A stretch of 64,000 nucleotides of DNA from NCBI GenBank assembly GCA_002011125.2, contig MTMF02000009.1:968989-1032988 (forward strand). The letters are read 5' to 3'. The notes under the pieces were generated by a model. That model did not search any database. It was not told the DNA's origin and saw nothing but the letters and a program-made list of their open reading frames with translations. Source of the DNA: Candidatus Hydrothermarchaeum profundi. GTDB taxonomy: Archaea; Hydrothermarchaeota; Hydrothermarchaeia; Hydrothermarchaeales; Hydrothermarchaeaceae. The stretch's first letter is position 1. Each line of letters begins with the position of its first letter. This document shows, in pieces, positions 58,490-64,000 of the stretch. Made by a program: the position numbers and the translations under genes.

Positions 58490-59332
58490 TTGAGAGAAAA
58501 ACTAGTGGTCGGGACTGATTTGGCTTCAGAGTCGGAAAAAAAAGGAAGGAGAAGGTATATAATATTTCTTCTGGTATCCTTTTTGATAGGGAGTATAGGA
58601 GGATTAGTTCTATTCACTTATTTAAGTCCGGATACCCTTAAAACTTCCGCTTCTGGTAAAGTATATGCGGAATCTCAGCCTGTAGGAAGTATGGTAAGTT
58701 ATACCAATCCGGAGGAAATTTATAAGCTCTTTATCTGTCCTTGCTGTGGTAGTACAATAGACGCATTATGTTGTGAGTCAGCTATAGAACGAAAAGCCTA
58801 TGTTGACGGACTCTTAGATGCGGGATTAGATAAGACAGAGATAATGGTTAAGATGACTTCTCGCTATGGATTGGATTCTCTCGCAAGCGATTCATTGAAA
58901 ACCGAGGTTAGGGAGATTCTAATCGAAAGAGCCCCCGAAGATAGGCCACAGCTAGTAATTTACCCGAAAGCCTATGACTTGGGAAATGTGAGTGTTTCAG
59001 GCGGAGTTGTCACAACTCTTGTCCACTTAACAAACAAGGGAAAAACAAATCTGGTGATTGATGATATGGAGACTTCTTGTGGTTGTACTTCTGCTTCTAT
59101 TGTTTATGATGGTGTTGAGGGTCCTCTTTTTAATATGAGGGAGCATGGTAATAATCCTGTGGGGTGGAGTGTTAGTATTAGGCCGGGTGATACTGCTATC
59201 TTGAAGGTTATTTATGATCCGATGGTGCACCCTGATCTCAGAGGAACGGTAACTAGGCTCGTCACTATATATTCTAACGACCCAATTGACCCACAGACGA
59301 CTTTTAAATTGAGATTGAATCAGGTCGATTAA
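58490..59332 (+). CDS. CcmH-like domain fused to a DUF1573 (Ig-like, SCGC) domain
   Basis: TM; FICPCCGSTID..CC..A.ERK.YV..LL.AG..K.EI...M..RYG resembles the CcmH/CycL N-domain; then N.G...L.I....TSCGCT...I.PG.T..L.V.YD. Confidence 0.7.
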   Translation: MREKLVVGTDLASESEKKGRRRYIIFLLVSFLIGSIGGLVLFTYLSPDTLKTSASGKVYAESQPVGSMVSYTNPEEIYKLFICPCCGSTIDALCCESAIERKAYVDGLLDAGLDKTEIMVKMTSRYGLDSLASDSLKTEVREILIERAPEDRPQLVIYPKAYDLGNVSVSGGVVTTLVHLTNKGKTNLVIDDMETSCGCTSASIVYDGVEGPLFNMREHGNNPVGWSVSIRPGDTAILKVIYDPMVHPDLRGTVTRLVTIYSNDPIDPQTTFKLRLNQVD

Positions 59333-59837
59333 AGTGTCGAAATTAACAAAACACCAGGCTAAGGAACTCAAAAAGAAGAAGAAAAATAAAAAAATTGAGG
59401 CACAGCGGCGTAAAATTCAATCACAAAGAAAGATTAGGCGACTGACTAAATACATAGGCATTATCGTGATATTCTCTGTAGCTCTTCTGATAGTTAAGGG
59501 ATCAATGGGTGCTGTGGAAGGAGCGCCTTCGTTACAGGTATCGCCTGAGAGTATAAACTTGGGAGACGTAAGCGTATCCGGAGGCCCGGTAGTTGTTGGT
59601 TTTGAGATAAAAAATACTGGGGCTAGTGATCTGGTGATTGATGATATGGAGACTTCTTGTGGTTGTACTTCTGCTTCTATTGTTTATGATGGTGTTGAGG
59701 GTCCTCTTTTTAATATGAGGGAGCATGGTAATAATCCTGTGGGGTGGAGTGTTAGTATTAGGCCGGGTGATACTGCTATCTTGAAGGTTATTTATGATCC
59801 GATGGTGCACCCTGATCTCAGAGGAACGGTAACTAGG
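59049..59837 (+). repeat. perfect 209-bp direct repeat (59049-59257 = 59629-59837)
   Basis: Base-for-base identical copies 580 bp apart, in-frame within two adjacent DUF1573 genes. Confidence 0.95.
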
Positions 59838-59912
59838 GTTGTTACCCTTTATACGAATGATCCCACATCGAAAGTTAAGGACGTATATATACGGATAAAT
59901 CAAGTGGACTGA
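59334..59912 (+). CDS. membrane-anchored DUF1573 domain protein
   Basis: Basic N-terminus, TM, TSCGCT Ig-like domain sharing the 209-bp repeat. Confidence 0.85.
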   Translation: MSKLTKHQAKELKKKKKNKKIEAQRRKIQSQRKIRRLTKYIGIIVIFSVALLIVKGSMGAVEGAPSLQVSPESINLGDVSVSGGPVVVGFEIKNTGASDLVIDDMETSCGCTSASIVYDGVEGPLFNMREHGNNPVGWSVSIRPGDTAILKVIYDPMVHPDLRGTVTRVVTLYTNDPTSKVKDVYIRINQVD

Positions 59913-59916
59913 GATA

Positions 59917-60339
59917 ATGACTAAGATGATAATTTTTCTAAGTTTGGTGTCTATGTCTATAATAGGCGGGGCAATATTTTATCAGTATTTTAAATTAGAG
60001 AGTCCAGTTTCACCGCCAGTAATTGAGATTATACCTGCCTCATATGATTTTGGTGATATCCCTTACAAGAAAGTCGAAACAACATTTAAAATTAAAAACC
60101 TGGGTGGAGAGAATCTAGAGATTCTTGGTGTAAGTACATCCTGTGGATGTACCAAAGCATATGCCAAGGAAAATATTATACCACCGGGTGGAGAAACTGA
60201 GTTGATTGTAACATTTGATCCAAATCTTATGGATTATAAAGTAGTAGGGAAGGTATTCAGAGCGGTTTTTGTTTCCAGTAATGATCCTCTTAATGAGGAA
60301 GTCAGAATAGACATCACAGCTAACGTTGTGGAGGGGTAA
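59917..60339 (+). CDS. DUF1573 domain protein
   Basis: TM/signal, YDFGDI, F.IKN.G...L.I.GVSTSCGCT, IPPGGE..L.VTFD, SNDP. Confidence 0.88.
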   Translation: MTKMIIFLSLVSMSIIGGAIFYQYFKLESPVSPPVIEIIPASYDFGDIPYKKVETTFKIKNLGGENLEILGVSTSCGCTKAYAKENIIPPGGETELIVTFDPNLMDYKVVGKVFRAVFVSSNDPLNEEVRIDITANVVEG

Positions 60340-60346
60340 TTTTATT

Positions 60347-61561
60347 ATGAAAAAACAGGGCCTTATCGTATTGCTATTTATTTTCTTAGTTTTCCCACTA
60401 GCATCTGCTTATAATTCATCTGGTAAGGCGGTTATCTATTACAACGAGGCGTGTAGCGATTGTACAATCTATATTAAAAAAAATTTAGTTGTAATTCTAA
60501 GAGACTATGGTATTACCGATATACAGCTTAAGGACTACATAAATAACGATAATTACCGGAAAGAATTGGTTGAATTTAATAAAAGAAATGGCATACCTAT
60601 GGAGCTCCAATCGCATCTTACAGCTGTAGTAAATGATAGAATCATACTCGAAGGACATGTTCCAGAAAGTATAATTAGAGACCTGCTTTCTCAGCAAGAG
60701 TTTGATAAGGTCTTGGTATACCAAGATGAGATGAAGAAAGAGGCAAGAACTTATAAAGTTTGGGCTTTCTCTGGAGAAATTAAAGAATATCCCATACGAA
60801 CACCAATAAGTGAGTATATAGACTGGTTTAAATCGGAAGGCTCAAATAGGCTTCAAAATTCGCCTGTTTTATCTAATTTTGTGTCTAGTTCTCTTCTTCC
60901 GTTGGTGATTGTTACCGGACTTTTAGATGGAATTAATCCTTGTGCGTTTGCAGTTTTATTGTTTTTCATAGCATATCTTTTTACTATTAAGAGAGCAAGG
61001 GTCAGTGTTATAAAAATGGGAGTAGTCTATATAGCGGCGATTTATCTTGCTTATTTTCTGATAGGTATCGGTATAATGAAGGCTTTGGTAATTACAGGGC
61101 AGCCTCATCTAATGGCTAAGATAGGAGCTATTCTTATTATTATTTTAGGATTTATAAATATCAAAGACTACTTCAAGCCAGAGCTATTCCCGATACATCT
61201 TAAAATCCCTCATCAAGCGGTACCCCACATAAAGGAATGGGCATACAAAGCTACCTTTCCTGCAGCCTCAATTATGGGCTTCCTTGTGGGTCTCTGTACT
61301 TTCCCCTGTTCGGGGGGAATCTATGTTGCCATTATCGGATTATTATCAGCAAAAGCCACATATTTCAATGGCATAGCATATCTACTACTCTATAATCTTA
61401 TGTTTGTTATGCCTCTTGTAGTGATATTATTAGTGACATCGAGTGCGTCTAGAACAGTTAAACTTAAAGAGTGGAGAGATCGTAATGCGAGGCTGATGAA
61501 GTTAGAATTTGGAGTTGCTATGATTCTGATAGGATTTGTGATACTAAAGTGGTTTGTATAG
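60347..61561 (+). CDS. glutaredoxin-like (CxxC) domain fused to a CcdA/DsbD-type TM domain
   Basis: Signal peptide, YYNEACSDC, then GLLDGINPCAFAVL and CTFPCSGGIY. ATG at 60347 after GGAGGGG. Confidence 0.85.
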   Translation: MKKQGLIVLLFIFLVFPLASAYNSSGKAVIYYNEACSDCTIYIKKNLVVILRDYGITDIQLKDYINNDNYRKELVEFNKRNGIPMELQSHLTAVVNDRIILEGHVPESIIRDLLSQQEFDKVLVYQDEMKKEARTYKVWAFSGEIKEYPIRTPISEYIDWFKSEGSNRLQNSPVLSNFVSSSLLPLVIVTGLLDGINPCAFAVLLFFIAYLFTIKRARVSVIKMGVVYIAAIYLAYFLIGIGIMKALVITGQPHLMAKIGAILIIILGFINIKDYFKPELFPIHLKIPHQAVPHIKEWAYKATFPAASIMGFLVGLCTFPCSGGIYVAIIGLLSAKATYFNGIAYLLLYNLMFVMPLVVILLVTSSASRTVKLKEWRDRNARLMKLEFGVAMILIGFVILKWFV

Positions 61562-61590
61562 ATTAACAAAATTTGATATGGCGGACCCTA

Positions 61591-62031
61591 TTACTTTTTT
61601 AGCCAATCACTAATATAGACTTTATATGTTCTTCCAAGACGTTCACGTGAGATTATCCCTTTCTTCTCTAGATTAAGTAAAAGAGCGCTGACTTTTGATT
61701 TCGAGAAGCCAGTTCTAAATCGCAGCGAGTCTTGAGTGACTCCTTCCGAGTTTCTAATTATATCAAGTAGAAGAATCTCATCTTCTGTTAAAGCTCTCTG
61801 CAATATATCTATACTACGGTCCATCCCAAACTCGCTTGGTCTTGCCCAGAGGTAAAATAGGAATCCAATACCCATCCCGATTACAAAGGAAAGAGTCATC
61901 CTATAATGCATTATTCTACTACTCTCTTCAAAAAACAGAGAAAAGATTGCATCTATACCAAAAAAGATGATGAATATTAAGAGCACTGTAGATAATATTC
62001 GCTCGTTCTCTGTAGAAGGTTTTCTCACCAT
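61591..62031 (-). CDS. membrane-anchored winged-helix protein (COG2512-like)
   Basis: Two TM helices, then LTEDE...L......G.TQ..L...TGFSKSKVS..L..LEKKGII.RE..GRT..V. Confidence 0.8.
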   Translation of the reverse strand: MVRKPSTENERILSTVLLIFIIFFGIDAIFSLFFEESSRIMHYRMTLSFVIGMGIGFLFYLWARPSEFGMDRSIDILQRALTEDEILLLDIIRNSEGVTQDSLRFRTGFSKSKVSALLLNLEKKGIISRERLGRTYKVYISDWLKK

Positions 62032-62038
62032 TTTGTCA

Positions 62039-62737
62039 TCACACTACTATTTCTGGGAAATATGGGAGCAACCAGATTTGAATTTGTCTATCTAACCCTA
62101 GAAAAATAGAAATACCAGTCAAAATGAGCAGGACTCCAGCAATTTTTTTAATAGTCTCTCCATGTTTTGCAACACTACGCATCCTTGAAAAGGTGAGTTT
62201 CCCGGTATAAGCTACTATGAGCATAGGGATACCGATACCGAGAGAATAAGAGAATAGAGATAGACCGCCTGTTAGAACGTCTCCCTTAAGGGCTACAGCC
62301 GTTAAAACAGACCCCAGTATAGGGCCAACACAGGGAATCCAGACTATACCTAATGACAGACCCAATATAAATCCTCCGATTTTTCCCGTACCTACTCCTT
62401 CCTTTATCTCTATTGACCCAAGTTTGTTCATGATTACTCCTGCCGTTAAAACAAATTTTTCATTTAATTTTTCTGACACAAGAAGTAATCCTAAAAATAT
62501 TATGATGAATGTCGCAAGGTCTCTAAGAAAGCTTGTATATGTTGCCACGGTGCCCCCTATTTTAGAAGTCACGACACCCATTAGGGAGAATGTAATAGAC
62601 ATGCCCAGAACAATTGCTATAGGCCTAAGTCTGTCCCCTATTGAACCGGCCATTACGGCAGGAATTAACGGCAGTACGCAGGGGGTTAAAACTGATATAA
62701 TACCAGCTAAAAATGCGACAAGAATTAAATAAGCCAT
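62039..62737 (-). CDS. ccdA: CcdA thiol-disulfide transporter (second paralog)
   Basis: TPCVLPLIP, WIPCVGPILG; closely similar to 56660..57382. Confidence 0.9.
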   Translation of the reverse strand: MAYLILVAFLAGIISVLTPCVLPLIPAVMAGSIGDRLRPIAIVLGMSITFSLMGVVTSKIGGTVATYTSFLRDLATFIIIFLGLLLVSEKLNEKFVLTAGVIMNKLGSIEIKEGVGTGKIGGFILGLSLGIVWIPCVGPILGSVLTAVALKGDVLTGGLSLFSYSLGIGIPMLIVAYTGKLTFSRMRSVAKHGETIKKIAGVLLILTGISIFLGLDRQIQIWLLPYFPEIVV

Positions 62738-62777
62738 ATAAACCTATAAATCGGGTTAACGAGATGCAATTTAGAAT

Positions 62778-63230
62778 TTATGCTCTTGTAACTTGTTTTA
62801 ATACTTGTAGGAACTCACTTGCGCTCACATAGCCGGGTATTCTAGTTATCTCTTCGCCGTTAGGTGTTAAGAATATTTCTGCTGGAGGTGCTCCTACTCC
62901 AAATCTAGCTGCTAGGTCTCCTTGTTCATCTATATTGATCGCTACTAATACAAGATTATCCTTCATAATAGCGTTTACTTCAGGATTCACATAAGTGTCC
63001 TTTTCTAACTGTTCGCAATATTTACACCATGTAGCCCAGATGTAAACCATAATTGGTTTACCAGTGCTCGACGCTTGTTCTATTCCTGCCTCTAGCGAGT
63101 TGAGCCAAGTAAGTCCGCTTATATATGTTTGGCCTCCCTGGCTCACAACAGGCATATCTCTAGGAGAGAGTACTACAAACAAAAATATTAACGCTAATCC
63201 TCCAACCAATATATATTTTTCAGTTCGCAT
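62778..63230 (-). CDS. membrane-anchored thioredoxin-fold protein (paralog of 53839..54321)
   Basis: TYISGL.W, WATWCKYC, Y.NPE.N, ARFG...PP...F.TP.GE.IT.I.GYV. Confidence 0.88.
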   Translation of the reverse strand: MRTEKYILVGGLALIFLFVVLSPRDMPVVSQGGQTYISGLTWLNSLEAGIEQASSTGKPIMVYIWATWCKYCEQLEKDTYVNPEVNAIMKDNLVLVAINIDEQGDLAARFGVGAPPAEIFLTPNGEEITRIPGYVSASEFLQVLKQVTRA

Positions 63231-63244
63231 GGCTCTAGATTTTT

Positions 63245-63523
63245 TTATCTTGTGACAATATATGTTAAAATTATCAACGCAAAAAATTCAAATGTAGAGG
63301 CTAGCGCATGGTATGGCTCGTAAGCGCAAGTATGGGGCCCGACGGCTGCGAAAAATATGGGGCATGAGAATATCGCATTAAAAAGTAGAATACCTGCAAA
63401 CAGTACCAGTCCGAGAGTAAAAGTGGATGCGACCTTCCTATAATCTTGTACGAAAATGTAAAAGAGAAATAAAAGCAAAAAGATATTGCCAAGCGTAGTT
63501 AACAAATAGATTTCATATAACAT
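63245..63523 (-). CDS. small 3-TM membrane protein (paralog of 53556..53831)
   Basis: MLYEI...LGN...YRKV.STFTLGL..FA...FSC...EF.AL. Confidence 0.8.
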   Translation of the reverse strand: MLYEIYLLTTLGNIFLLLFLFYIFVQDYRKVASTFTLGLVLFAGILLFNAIFSCPIFFAAVGPHTCAYEPYHALASTFEFFALIILTYIVTR

Positions 63524-63532
63524 ATTTTCAAC

Positions 63533-63820
63533 CTATTTTTTCCTATTTTTTATTTTTTCCCATATACTCTCGAATTCCTCATAGGAGTCCTCCATATCTG
63601 GCGATAAAAAATACATTGCCCCGTATCTTTTACCTGTAGAAACCACTATCTTATTTTCAATGAGCAGATCAATATGATGGCGGATAGTCTTATAATCCAA
63701 ACCGAGTTCTTCTGCAAGTTGGTTTGCATTATATGGTCTCTCTTTTAAAGACCGAATTATCCTAGCTCGAGTTTCACCGCCCCTGGTGCCAGCTATTAGC
63801 CACCATAAGATGCGTTTCAT
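63533..63820 (-). CDS. archaeal ArsR-family winged-helix regulator
   Basis: LWWLIAGTRGG..R.RII..L..RP.NANQLA..L.LDYKTIRHH...L......YGAMYF. Confidence 0.9.
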   Translation of the reverse strand: MKRILWWLIAGTRGGETRARIIRSLKERPYNANQLAEELGLDYKTIRHHIDLLIENKIVVSTGKRYGAMYFLSPDMEDSYEEFESIWEKIKNRKK

Positions 63821-63923
63821 GAAAAAAAGAGTAGACTCCGGTATATATTACTCTTTTCTATTTCAAAAAGTAAAAACAATTGTAGAAAATTATTTATTCG
63901 TTACGGTTTTTATCCCACTTAAA

Positions 63924-63995
63924 GCCGGGGTAGTCTAGTGGTTAGGCAGCGGACTGCAGATCCGCGTTACGTGAGTTCGAATCTCACCCCCGGCT
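63924..63995 (+). tRNA. tRNA-Cys (GCA)
   Basis: Acceptor stem GCCGGGG/CCCCGGC with U73 discriminator; anticodon arm GCGGA-CTGCAGA-TCCGC; T arm GTGAG-TTCGAAT-CTCAC; no intron, CCA not encoded. Confidence 0.96.
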
Positions 63996-64000
63996 CTATA

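Noticed and set aside
59049-59837. 209-bp repeat as a diversity-generating retroelement TR/VR pair
   Set aside because: The copies are identical (no adenine-specific mismatches), both are in-frame in genes, and there is no reverse transcriptase in the window.
53556-63995. ccm island as a mobile element integrated at tRNA-Cys
   Set aside because: The island lies 5' of the tRNA, no integrase or duplicated tRNA fragment was seen, and composition resembles the rest of the window.

Overview
Gene-dense, AT-rich chromosomal window from an anaerobic euryarchaeote-like archaeon: it has an archaeal histone, Rnl3 RNA ligase, AMP phosphorylase, NurA/HerA/Mre11/Rad50, HdrBC and an F420-binding FrhB/FpoF-family protein. 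The gene mix would fit a Hydrothermarchaeota-type lineage, but that is inference. In order, the window holds: a five-gene CBS-domain array coupled to an Rnl3 ligase; pyrC, a histone and hdrCB; a large surface protein; a membrane-anchored 9-10-heme cytochrome c; a KaiC-like ATPase with a V4R-like partner; AMP phosphorylase with a PfkB kinase; lysC, argG and carAB; and a DNA double-strand-break repair locus split by an inverted block. The most notable region is a compact six-gene sulfur-oxyanion operon (46.6-53.0 kb): aprA, aprB, a divergent sat (QTAN instead of QxRN, plus a ~215-aa extra C-terminal domain), two asymmetric siroheme sulfite-reductase paralogs, and an FpoF/FrhB-like F420 subunit. 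This amounts to an unfused 'split Fsr'. Tandem TTAAC-N4-GTTAA palindromes lie in its promoter and recur upstream of the adjacent regulator gene. A 10-kb cytochrome c maturation/thiol-redox island follows. It contains a CcmF with an NrfJ-like OB-fold insert, a CcmH-DUF1573 fusion, three CcdA-type proteins, and a perfect 209-bp repeat with extreme G/T third-position skew. The window ends at tRNA-Cys(GCA). No CRISPR array, transposase, integrase or rRNA was seen. All family assignments are by eye from motifs; no searches were run.
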